NCBI GenBank assembly: GCA_963832745.1 | Contig: CAWHVC010000003.1 | Coordinates: 480,001-544,000 of the forward strand | DNA from: Candidatus Bathyarchaeota archaeon | GTDB taxonomy: Archaea > Thermoproteota > Bathyarchaeia > Bathyarchaeales > Bathycorpusculaceae | Direction of reading: 5' to 3' | DNA length: 64,000 bases | Shown here: positions 8,094 to 17,399 of the stretch, piece by piece | Position numbering within the stretch: position 1 is the first letter of the stretch | Layout of the letters: each line of letters starts with the position of its first letter | The notes under the pieces: generated by a model | Database searches by the model: none | What the model was told of the DNA's origin: nothing | Seen by the model: the letters and a program-made list of their open reading frames with translations, nothing else | Program-made: the position numbers and the translations under genes

Positions 8094-9065
8094 TTGAGTG
8101 ATTTACGTAAGGTTCAGCAAACTCCAACTGGCACGTTTTTCGTTTGTGTGCCAAGGTCTTGGGCTCAACAGAATGGATTGAAAAAGGGCGCCATGGTTAA
8201 CTTGGAAGTTACTGGAGATGGCAAACTTGTCGTTGACGCTAAGTATGATTCGGAGCAGCAGCAAAAAGTAGCCGCTTTAACTGTTGGGCCATTTTTAAGC
8301 CGAGAAATTATCGGTCGCTACTTGTTGGGTTTCGATGTTATACGTGTTGAAGCAAAGGACCGAATAGACCTTGATGTTAGAAATACTGTAAAATCCACCG
8401 TCAGCTCGCTTGTAGGTTTGGAGATTGTTGAAGAAAACTATTCTCAAGTTGTTTTGCAGTGCCTGCTTGACCCTTCAGGTTCACAGCCAGAAAAAATCCT
8501 GCGCAGAAACTATGCAATTATTTCTGGTATGACTCGTGACGTTACGAATTCTTTTATTAACGGTGACTTGCAGCTGGCTAAAGCTGTAGTAGCTCGAGAC
8601 GTTGAAAGCAATCGATTGTATTTTCTTTTGGTTCGGATCCTTAGGACAATTATTCAGAATCCAAGATTAAGTGAGAAGCTGGGAATAACGCCGATTGATT
8701 GTCTTGATTATCGTCTTGCTGCAAGCTTAATCGAATCTATGGGCGATGCTTGTGTACAAGTAGCTACAAAAACCCTCGAATTAGACGGGTTTAAACCATC
8801 TGGTGAATTGCAAAAGCTGTTAGGTGATTTGCAAACTGTTTGCCTTGAAGCAAACGAACAAGCATTAAAATCGTTTGTTAACAAGGACATGGCGTTAGCT
8901 GAAAACGTTCGCAATATGCAAGTAAGAATTCGTGATATCTATGCTAACATTGAGAAGGTGGCTAAGAACCAGCCGGTTGATGTTATGCCTCAGCTTTTGG
9001 CAGCTATCTCTTTTGTACGGCAGATTTACGAGCACAGTTTAGACATGGCTGACCTTGTCGCATAG
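8094..9065 (+). CDS. AbrB-PhoU family phosphate uptake regulator
   Basis: N-terminal RKVQQTPTGTFFVCVPRSWA (AbrB-like) and PhoU helical repeats (RDVESNRLYFL, ESMGD). Confidence 0.88.
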   Translation: MSDLRKVQQTPTGTFFVCVPRSWAQQNGLKKGAMVNLEVTGDGKLVVDAKYDSEQQQKVAALTVGPFLSREIIGRYLLGFDVIRVEAKDRIDLDVRNTVKSTVSSLVGLEIVEENYSQVVLQCLLDPSGSQPEKILRRNYAIISGMTRDVTNSFINGDLQLAKAVVARDVESNRLYFLLVRILRTIIQNPRLSEKLGITPIDCLDYRLAASLIESMGDACVQVATKTLELDGFKPSGELQKLLGDLQTVCLEANEQALKSFVNKDMALAENVRNMQVRIRDIYANIEKVAKNQPVDVMPQLLAAISFVRQIYEHSLDMADLVA

Positions 9066-9280
9066 CTTCTTTTTCTTTTTAACATTTTTTGGCTTGAAAA
9101 GTCATCTATAGCACCTACTTCGCCCTTAGCGTTTCCTTGAAAATTAAACCGATTTTACTTTTTCTTTTTAATAGATAAGTAAATTTCAGAAAAAATAAGC
9201 AAGTTTGCAAGGGCATATTTAGTTTAACATAAATTTTTTCGTTTTAAATACAAAAAAATATTAACCTATACAGATTTTGT

Positions 9281-9637
9281 TTGCTTGATACAGAGATGAG
9301 TGGTATCACTAGCCCAAAAATCTTGTTGGGGCAAAGTAAACAAGAATATGCAAAGTTTCTCAAATGTCAAGACACGGATGTTTTCGCTGAAGCAGGCGAG
9401 TTGCTATGGGAATCCTTAAAGGCATACCTAAAGCAGGCAACAAAGCAGAAATTAGATGGTGCTAACGCTTTGGCAAATATGGCTGGTCAAATGGGTGACG
9501 TGTTTAACGAGCTTTTCTTTCATTGCCAACATTTCCATTCATGGTACAGTGGTGTAGGTGTTCCAAATGATTTTGTCGCCGAAAAGAAGCTTTATACCCA
9601 ATCGTTGGAAACTCTTGAAAAAATAATTAATCATTGA
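9281..9637 (+). CDS. Hypothetical protein, PaREP1/HEPN-like helical fold possible
   Basis: AEAGELLWESLKAYL and a late FHSWY resemble the PaREP1 pattern; start uncertain. Confidence 0.5.
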   Translation: MLDTEMSGITSPKILLGQSKQEYAKFLKCQDTDVFAEAGELLWESLKAYLKQATKQKLDGANALANMAGQMGDVFNELFFHCQHFHSWYSGVGVPNDFVAEKKLYTQSLETLEKIINH

Positions 9638-9709
9638 ACATATACAACAAGATTGAGTCTTTAGAGATTAAAAAGTTAGCAGTAAGCCTCACAGTTTACG
9701 ATTCAATCA

Positions 9710-10047
9710 TTACTGCATTTGATAACATAAAGTTTTTTTGGGTTTGTTTAGCGCTGATTTAATTGTATAATTTTTAAGCCTTTTTTCAAGGGCACTTTTT
9801 GTTAGTGCATCTTTTTCACGGAGAATTGCCTCTTTTAGTAGTTTAACCGCAACATTTACGCTGTCGCCGCCGAACCTTTTGGCAAAGACACTTAATGGTT
9901 TGCCTTTATCAAAGATTTTTTGTGGTAACATACATAGTTTGCTGGATACCCCCTGTGATCGTTTGGGTTTATCACCATGAAACGGTATATTCCTTTCCAG
10001 TCACCGTTTTCAAAGGGTTTGCACACTTGTAATTTGTAGTCGCTCAT
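9710..10047 (-). pseudogene. Small hypothetical gene apparently split by a frameshift near 9928-9936
   Basis: ORF from ATG 10047 (MSDYKLQV...GYPANYVC) overlaps ORF 9931..9710 (MLPQKIF...) in another frame at a TATGTATG repeat. Confidence 0.55.
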
Positions 10048-10205
10048 CTGAGGAACACTTGAAAACTTCAAAAGGATTTTTTGCTAATAATAGTTATTTG
10101 CATACATTCTATAGACTATTGAGAGCCGTGATACAGCTTGATAATTAGGTCTTTTTGGTTTTATTGGAAACTCTTTTAGACTGGCATGCAGACTCTATTG
10201 TTGCT

Positions 10206-10331
10206 GCCGGGGTGGCGGAGTGGTTATCGCGCCAGCCTCGAGATCTAAACTGAAATGTGGGCTTGGCCAAAATGGCAAGATAGCTGGTGGGCTTCGTGCT
10301 CGCAGGGGTTCGAATCCCTTCCCCGGCGCCA
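10206..10331 (+). tRNA. tRNA-Ser(CGA) with an intron of about 39 nt (about 10243-10281); CCA encoded
   Basis: Acceptor GCCGGGG/CCCCGGC, anticodon stem CCAGC/GCTGG with CT-CGA-G, long variable arm, T-loop GGTTCGAATCC, 3' GCCA. Confidence 0.93.
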
Positions 10332-10586
10332 GAACTTTTAAGCAATTGCTATATTGATGCATTATTTTGTATCAAATAATAAATTGTTTAAGAGCTAACT
10401 TGTCAATACAAACGCTTAGAGAAAACTTTATACCGATTTATTCAGCTTATTGTACATAGACGTTTCTTTTGTTTTAAAAAAATCTCTTGCCAGTTATGGA
10501 GACCTTTTTTTGAATATTAACAAAGCACTCAACAGCATCAACTTTTCTTCAGCCCAAAAAAGTACGTTAACAAAGGAGGCTTCATA

Positions 10587-13316
10587 ATGCCTAAAAAACA
10601 AAAAACCGTGTCTCCCAGACAGGGCGAAACAGAAAAATGGTACCAATTAAGCGCCGAAGAAACCGCATCTAAACTAAACGTAGACCCTCAAAAAGGCTTA
10701 AGCGCCTCAGAAGCAGAAGAACGCCTCCAAAAAGACGGCCCGAACATTCTCTCAGGCAAAAAGAAGGAATCAGGTTGGCACGCGTTTGCGCGTCAATACC
10801 GCGACTTCATGCAAATCATCCTAGTTTTCGCCGCAATAATCAGCATAATCTTCACTGCCAAGCTTGGTACTGGTCTTTTATTGTTTGGTTTAACAATAGG
10901 CAACGCTTTGATGGGGCTGAAACAGGAAGCCAAAGCCCAAGCCAGTATAGAATCCTTGAAAAAAATGGTAAAAAACGTTGTTAAAGTCCGTAGGGATGGG
11001 CAGGCAACAGAGGCTGACCCTGAAAAGCTTGTACCAGGCGACATTGTTTTAATGGAAGCAGGAGACCGGGTTCCGGCTGATGGACGTCTTTTTGTTTCTG
11101 CTTCACTTGAAATTGAAGAAGCCGCATTGACAGGAGAAAGTGTTGCTTCACCAAAAATCACTCAAGCCATAACTGGTGCCAACACGGCATTGGGCGATCG
11201 GCACTGCATGGCTTACATGAATACTTCAGTAACCCGTGGCAGGGGCGAAATGATAGTTACCACCACTGGAATGGCTACCGAAATGGGCCATATTGCCGAG
11301 ATGCTTAACAAAACTAAAACTGAAAAAACGCCTTTGCAGAAACAGCTTGACCATCTTACTCTTATTATTGCTGGATTGGCGGGTATCACTTTTGTTTTGA
11401 TGGTTATTTTTGGATTGCAGCAAGGGCAAGCGTTTGAAACCTTGTTTATTGCGGGGGTAGCTTTGGCAATTGCCGCTATTCCCACTGGCATGCCCGTAGT
11501 AGTCACCACATTGTATTCAGAGGGCACCAGAATTTTAGCCAGCCGCAACGCCATCGTAAAACGTCTGCCCTCGGTGGAAACTTTAGGGTCAGTTTCCGCA
11601 ATTTGCTCTGATAAAACTGGAACGTTAACCCTTAACAAAATGACCTCCCGCGAATTTACCGTTCCCGGCAATAACCATTATAACATAACAGGCGAAGGCT
11701 ATAGCACCCAAGGTCAATTGTTACGTGACGGCGGTGGAACAATCGACTTAAACGATGTATTACTGCCAATGGCTTTATGCGCTGACGCAACCTTGGAAGG
11801 TGGTAACTTAATTGGTGACCCAACCGAGGGCGCCTTGATTGTGCTTGCCGAGAAGGGTGGCATCAGCGTTGTAGGTGCAAGAAAGAATTATCCAAGAATC
11901 GCCGAAGTGCCTTTTGATTCAGAATACAAGTTCATGGCAACATTCCATAACCTGACCGACAAAGAAGGCAAACATGTAGTACGCGCTTTCGTCAAGGGGG
12001 CACCTGACGTTCTAATTGCCAAAGGTAGCTTTTATTGGACCCCTGAAGGAAAACTTATTCCAATTACTGAAGAGAATCGCACGTTAGCAAACGCTGAAAA
12101 TGAACGTATGGCAAAAGCTGGCGAACGCGTAATTGTTGTAGCCCGAAAAGATTTTGATCCCAAACAGTTTGAACCAACAGGTAACATGAAAGATTTAATC
12201 AATGACTTAACTCTGCTGGCAATAGTTGGCATGGTGGACCCACCGCGAAGTGAAGCCAAAGAATCAATCGCCAAATGCCACAGCGCAGGCATACAGGTTC
12301 GAATGATAACAGGTGACTATGCTACAACAGCAGACGTGATTGGTCACGAATTGGGAATTGAAGGTAAAACTTTGACTGGTGCCCAGTTTTCTACAACCAG
12401 CGATAGTGAACTCGAGAAGGAACTGGACGAAATTGGTGTAATCGCCCGGGTTGCTCCCGAAGATAAACTGCGGCTTGTAACTTTGCTTCAAAAGAAACAA
12501 AACATTGTAGCCATGACGGGTGACGGCGTTAATGACGCTCCTGCATTAAAGAAAGCTGACATCGGAGTTGCAATGGGAATTACCGGCACGGAAGTGTCAA
12601 AGGATGCCGCAACAATGATTCTAACAGACGACAATTTCGCCACAATTGTCAACGCTGTCGAATACGGACGAGGTATCTACGATAACTTAATCAAGTATAT
12701 TCGTTTCCAAATGGGCACCTTAATCGCTTTCATCGCGACGTTTCTAGGCGCAGCATTTTTCCATATTCTAAACGGAACACCCTTTGGTGCAATAACGGTT
12801 TTGTGGATAAACTTTCTCATTCAAGTTCCTGTAGCCATGGCTTTAGGCTTCGACGAGGCGTCCCCTGGCTTGATGAAACGTAAACCCCGCCCACTCTCTG
12901 AACCGGTTCTTTCACGCAAAAAGTGGGTTCGCATCATTTTTATGGGCTTAATCATTACAGCAGCCACGTTGTTTGTTGAAGCCTATTACAGTATGGTTGG
13001 TGATAGTCAAGCTATAACAATGGGGTTTGCTGTTTTTTCTTTACTTAGTATTGCTCTTGGGGTTACCTCAAAAAGCGAAACACAAACGATATTTTCAAAA
13101 GACATGCTGCCAGGTTGGCGCCAACTGGGTTTATATGTGCTGTCGCTGTTTTTCCTATTTGTGGGCGCCTTTTTGCTGCGCGAAACCTCCAACACCACAC
13201 CGTTAACAAGTCAACAATGGCTGATTTGCTTTGGATTCGCTGCTCTCTTGATACTTGTTGATGAAGTAGTCAAGTTTTTCATGCGTAGACATAGCCCCTC
13301 AAAAACAAGAAAGTAA
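10587..13316 (+). CDS. P-type ATPase, type II-like, with atypical transport-site residues
   Basis: TGES, DKTGT, KGAP, MITGD and TGDGVNDAPALKKAD present; M4 reads IPTGMP. Confidence 0.95.
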   Translation: MPKKQKTVSPRQGETEKWYQLSAEETASKLNVDPQKGLSASEAEERLQKDGPNILSGKKKESGWHAFARQYRDFMQIILVFAAIISIIFTAKLGTGLLLFGLTIGNALMGLKQEAKAQASIESLKKMVKNVVKVRRDGQATEADPEKLVPGDIVLMEAGDRVPADGRLFVSASLEIEEAALTGESVASPKITQAITGANTALGDRHCMAYMNTSVTRGRGEMIVTTTGMATEMGHIAEMLNKTKTEKTPLQKQLDHLTLIIAGLAGITFVLMVIFGLQQGQAFETLFIAGVALAIAAIPTGMPVVVTTLYSEGTRILASRNAIVKRLPSVETLGSVSAICSDKTGTLTLNKMTSREFTVPGNNHYNITGEGYSTQGQLLRDGGGTIDLNDVLLPMALCADATLEGGNLIGDPTEGALIVLAEKGGISVVGARKNYPRIAEVPFDSEYKFMATFHNLTDKEGKHVVRAFVKGAPDVLIAKGSFYWTPEGKLIPITEENRTLANAENERMAKAGERVIVVARKDFDPKQFEPTGNMKDLINDLTLLAIVGMVDPPRSEAKESIAKCHSAGIQVRMITGDYATTADVIGHELGIEGKTLTGAQFSTTSDSELEKELDEIGVIARVAPEDKLRLVTLLQKKQNIVAMTGDGVNDAPALKKADIGVAMGITGTEVSKDAATMILTDDNFATIVNAVEYGRGIYDNLIKYIRFQMGTLIAFIATFLGAAFFHILNGTPFGAITVLWINFLIQVPVAMALGFDEASPGLMKRKPRPLSEPVLSRKKWVRIIFMGLIITAATLFVEAYYSMVGDSQAITMGFAVFSLLSIALGVTSKSETQTIFSKDMLPGWRQLGLYVLSLFFLFVGAFLLRETSNTTPLTSQQWLICFGFAALLILVDEVVKFFMRRHSPSKTRK

Positions 13317-13329
13317 GGAGCAAAAAGAC

Positions 13330-14241
13330 ATGGAACGTTCTGAGCGAATGAAGTTATTCATGAATTTGACGAAGGTTAAGCCTGAAAAAAAAATTTGCCT
13401 AAAAGATTTAGATACTGGTTGGGCACAAAACGAAGAAGTTAAAATCATAGGTAAAGGTGAGTTAAAGGAACGGGCAAACAAACTGCTTGAAGTCAACCGG
13501 ACAGAGCTTGCAAAAGCGCAAGAACTACTTTACGCTAATCACGCGTGGTCTATTTTGATTATTTTTCAGGGCATGGACGCTGCAGGTAAAGACAGCACCA
13601 TTAAACATGTAATGTCTGGTGTTAACCCTCAAGGCTGTAGCGTTAAAAGTTTTAAACAGCCTTCAACTACGGAGCTTGACCACGATTTTATGTGGCGGCA
13701 GGTTTTGGAGTTGCCGGCAAAGGGTATGATTGGAATTTTTAACAGGTCATACTATGAAGAGGTCCTAATCGTTAAAGTGCACCCCAACATTTTAGAAAAT
13801 CAGCATTTACCAACTAAAAAAATTGATAAAGAATTCTGGAATAACCGTTATGAAGACATATCAAGTTATGAACGTTACCTTTCACGCAACGGCACATTAA
13901 TCCTCAAGTTTTTTTTGCACATATCTAAAGAGGAACAGAAAAAAAGGTTCTTGGACCGATTAAACACTCCAGATAAGCATTGGAAGTTTTCTGCATCAGA
14001 CCTGAAAGAGCGCGATTACTGGGACAAGTATATTGAAGCTTATGAAGACATGCTTAGCAATACCAGTTCTAAGTGGGCGCCTTGGTTTGTTATACCTGCA
14101 GATTACAAGTGGATAGCTCGGTCGCTGGTCGCAGATATCATTACTACCAGCATTTACCAACTCGACATTAAATATCCTGAGGTTGACGCACAGAAACGTA
14201 AAGATATTGAAGCAGCCAAGAAACAGCTTGAATCAGAATAG
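13330..14241 (+). CDS. ppk2: Polyphosphate kinase 2 family protein (class III-like)
   Basis: QGMDAAGKDST, VNPQG, FNRSYYEEV, KFFLHISKEEQ, WKFSASD and PWFVIPAD. Confidence 0.95.
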   Translation: MERSERMKLFMNLTKVKPEKKICLKDLDTGWAQNEEVKIIGKGELKERANKLLEVNRTELAKAQELLYANHAWSILIIFQGMDAAGKDSTIKHVMSGVNPQGCSVKSFKQPSTTELDHDFMWRQVLELPAKGMIGIFNRSYYEEVLIVKVHPNILENQHLPTKKIDKEFWNNRYEDISSYERYLSRNGTLILKFFLHISKEEQKKRFLDRLNTPDKHWKFSASDLKERDYWDKYIEAYEDMLSNTSSKWAPWFVIPADYKWIARSLVADIITTSIYQLDIKYPEVDAQKRKDIEAAKKQLESE

Positions 14242-14395
14242 CTCCATTTTAAAATCTTCTATAGTTTCTTTATTTCCTTGCTGCAGAAAAACCGTTTGAG
14301 CGAGTTACCTAAAGAATTAAAATCAGCTTCCAACCCCGATAAAAAGGACATTTAAAGGTACATGCCATCGTTTACTATTTCTGAGTGAATGCTTA

Positions 14396-14920
14396 TTATC
14401 TTTGGTTTCTTTGCCTCTTGCGATACACCAACATGGTTGCTGCAAAGGCTATTACAACTAGCAAAATTATGGTTGCTGTAGTCCATGTTTCCCACTGGTT
14501 AGTTTCTAAAACCTCAAATTTTACTGTTTCAGCGTTTAAAGCGCGTGCAATCTGTGAACAAGAAATTTGCCAAACATCAAACGTGTAATTTCCCTCTGGC
14601 AGATAACGAGTAGCTTCTCCTTTGAAAATTAGCCAGCCGTCTGACGTGTTGCCTGCATAAGTTGCGTTGATAACGAATTCTTCATGGTTAAGATAGCAGT
14701 AAAATCGGGGTCCAGACTCGTTAACATAGTATCTTTCCATAACTTGGCCCATCACTTTAAACTCAACGGTTCCTGAATTGAGAGTGCCACTTACTGGTGA
14801 TTCTATCTCAAATTTTGGCATACTAGCAAAAACCGTAGGATTAGCTGTTGCTTCAAGCGAAAAAATCAATGCCACAGCGATAAAAATTCCTAAAATAAAC
14901 ACTGCCAATAATATTTTCAC
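14396..14920 (-). CDS. Secreted or surface protein with C-terminal membrane anchor
   Basis: N-terminal hydrophobic signal, beta-rich middle, C-terminal TM helix followed by YRKRQR. Confidence 0.7.
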   Translation of the reverse strand: MKILLAVFILGIFIAVALIFSLEATANPTVFASMPKFEIESPVSGTLNSGTVEFKVMGQVMERYYVNESGPRFYCYLNHEEFVINATYAGNTSDGWLIFKGEATRYLPEGNYTFDVWQISCSQIARALNAETVKFEVLETNQWETWTTATIILLVVIAFAATMLVYRKRQRNQR

Positions 14921-14992
14921 AGCTTAGCCCTCAAATAGGCAGTATAGTTTTTGCTTAAAAATTTTATTAAAAAACCTTTTTTCACCAGAAAG

Positions 14993-16081
14993 TTACCTGT
15001 TTTGCATTAAAATTTTTGCGTCCCCCAGAAGGTTCAGCACATGCATAGGGTTTAATTCGTAGGTGTAAACGTAACCCCTAACACAAGTACGAATGCAAAT
15101 ATTACATCCTTGTGCTCTATCAACATGTTCTTTGAAGAGTTTGCTTGAAAAGTAATCATTAAATGAACCCCTGTTTAGGTCGTACGTGTGGTCGTAGGTA
15201 CAACTGAAAATTTTGTTGTCAGCTGACACATAAACAAACATTTTAGGAAAATTGCACTTCCAAGGTCTGCCTTCCACAAAATGTTTGAGCACAAGCTCAG
15301 TTTCCATGAGTGGATACCCCTCACGTTTAAGCTCTAACAGCTTGACATAAAATGTTTGCAACTGCAATTTAGTTAACCCATAATCCGCCACTGGCGTCTC
15401 TGACCTTCCAGCTTCAAAACTTGATTTAACTGTGGGCTCAACTGAATTGTACGATATTCCAACATGCAAATCTCTTGCAAACTTAGCCATGGGCTCAATT
15501 GCATTAAAATTTAGAGAACTAATTGTTGTAACCAAAACAACTCTTGTATGCCCCGCTTTGCGAATTTTTTCAATTCCATCTATAACCTCCTTAAACGAGC
15601 CGGGTTTACCTCTGATTAAGTCATGGTAGTCATTAAAGTAATCCAGTGAAACAAACATCATGTCTATGTTATGTAGCTCCTGAGCTTTAGATGCCAGCAG
15701 TGACCCGTTTGTGTTCATGGTTGTCAAGAAACCCTTATTCTTAGCGTAATCGACCACTTTTCCAATGTCATTTCTGACTGTAGGTTCGCCGCCGAAAAGG
15801 TAGTAGCCCCGCATGCCGCAATCGTACGCTTCATCAAGAAGCCTAAAAACCTGCCTTGTACTCATGTCCTCGCTTTTTCTGTCTGTCATTTGCCAGTAGG
15901 TACAAGTTTTACATTTTGAATTGCAGGCATAAGTTATCGCGTGAGCCAAGAAAAATGGCTTTTGAGTAATCCTTGATTTTAGCAGTGAAAGAGCAGCACC
16001 TACATATATGCTTCCAGTGCTCGCTTTGCCGCTTTTCTTCTCAACCAATTTGGAAGTTACCACGGGTAAAATCATCTCCAA
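14993..16081 (-). CDS. Radical SAM protein with C-terminal Cys cluster
   Basis: CNSKCKTC, FGGEP, NTNG, VSLD and C-terminal CNICIRTC. Confidence 0.92.
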   Translation of the reverse strand: MEMILPVVTSKLVEKKSGKASTGSIYVGAALSLLKSRITQKPFFLAHAITYACNSKCKTCTYWQMTDRKSEDMSTRQVFRLLDEAYDCGMRGYYLFGGEPTVRNDIGKVVDYAKNKGFLTTMNTNGSLLASKAQELHNIDMMFVSLDYFNDYHDLIRGKPGSFKEVIDGIEKIRKAGHTRVVLVTTISSLNFNAIEPMAKFARDLHVGISYNSVEPTVKSSFEAGRSETPVADYGLTKLQLQTFYVKLLELKREGYPLMETELVLKHFVEGRPWKCNFPKMFVYVSADNKIFSCTYDHTYDLNRGSFNDYFSSKLFKEHVDRAQGCNICIRTCVRGYVYTYELNPMHVLNLLGDAKILMQNR

Positions 16082-16258
16082 GTTTGAAAGAGCAAAACCA
16101 GCGAGTTTTGAGGCTAAAGGCGACTTTTTTTCATTTAACCTCTACATTCCAAGCCATCCAAGTCCATAATAAACATTTTCAGACATCACTTTTTGTGTCA
16201 TTGTTGGTGTGGTCTTGAAGGAACAATACTTTTTATGTAATCTCTTGGAAAAATAACA

Positions 16259-16750
16259 TTGATTACACTTTGTTTTTTGGTGTTAATGTTGGCTTCACGA
16301 ATTTATATTGCACTTGCGGTTTGCATCATTGTCGTAATAGTAGTTGCTGGTTTTGCAGTTTACTATTATGATGCTTACAATAAGCTGACTTTTGAGCTTA
16401 AAAGTGTGGGCGTAGGCGATGTCAGCTTAACCTCAATTCAAATAACTTTACGTCTACAAATAACAAACCCCAACGCGCTCCCCGTTTATATTCCTGACGG
16501 CAGCTTTGATATTTACATTAATGCCATCTATCTTGGGGCAGGAACTTTTGGGGCAGTAACAGTAAACGGTAATAGCCAAGACCAAATCACGGTTCCAGTG
16601 ACATTTAACGCTTTGGATGTGCCGTCAGTTTTGTATGGTATAATCACCGGTGGCGGAACTGTAGCTGTAACCGTTAAAGGACAAGCAAATCTTGTCTTAT
16701 CCAGCGTTCCCTTTGAAAGTACACTTTACAATGTAACAATCGGTCAGTAA
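16259..16750 (+). CDS. LEA_2/WHy domain membrane-anchored protein
   Basis: N-terminal TM, LQITNPN motif and beta-sandwich pattern; true start may be ATG 16286. Confidence 0.75.
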   Translation: MITLCFLVLMLASRIYIALAVCIIVVIVVAGFAVYYYDAYNKLTFELKSVGVGDVSLTSIQITLRLQITNPNALPVYIPDGSFDIYINAIYLGAGTFGAVTVNGNSQDQITVPVTFNALDVPSVLYGIITGGGTVAVTVKGQANLVLSSVPFESTLYNVTIGQ

Positions 16751-16823
16751 ACCCATATCCTGCTTTTTAGAGTGGCACTTATTTACCTCTTAAGAGTGCA
16801 TATAATTTCACGGAGAAAAAGAG

Positions 16824-17399
16824 ATGCCTTTACGTGTTTACCTTGCAGGTCCCGAAGTTTTCCTGCGGGAGGCTAAAGAAGTAGGAGAACGCAAGAAATC
16901 CCTCTGTAGAAAATACGGTTTTGAAGGCGTTTTCCCTATAGATGTTGAAGTTAACCTTGAAGGTAAATCCTACCGCGAAATCGGTTTTTGCATCAGTGAA
17001 GTTAATGAGGGTTTGATAAAAAGCTGCGATATTGTGATTGCAAATATTACACCTTTTCGTGGCCCAAGTGCTGATGTCGGCACTGTCTATGAAATGGGTT
17101 TTGCGCATGCATTAGGCAAAAAAGTGCTCGCATACAGCAACGTTGATGCCCCGTTTACTGAACGAACAGTTAAAGCACTTGGAAACAAGGTGACCAAAGA
17201 TGTTGACGGCAAACTCCGTGATGATTACGGCATGTTTGTTGAAGAAGTTGGTTTGATTGATAATTTGATGATTGATGGCTGCATTCACTTGAACACGGGG
17301 TTATTAGTTGTAGGGCAGGCGCCCGAGGGTCAACTGTTTACTTTTCTTGGGGGCTTCGAAAACTGCTTAAAAGCGGCTAAAGAATTGCCTCAAAAATAG
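16824..17399 (+). CDS. Nucleoside 2-deoxyribosyltransferase / nucleotide N-hydrolase family
   Basis: VYLAGPEVF, DVGTVYEMGFAHALGK and DNLMI. Confidence 0.9.
   Translation: MPLRVYLAGPEVFLREAKEVGERKKSLCRKYGFEGVFPIDVEVNLEGKSYREIGFCISEVNEGLIKSCDIVIANITPFRGPSADVGTVYEMGFAHALGKKVLAYSNVDAPFTERTVKALGNKVTKDVDGKLRDDYGMFVEEVGLIDNLMIDGCIHLNTGLLVVGQAPEGQLFTFLGGFENCLKAAKELPQK

Noticed and set aside
10145-10345. 66-aa ORF
   Set aside because: It is antisense to tRNA-Ser.
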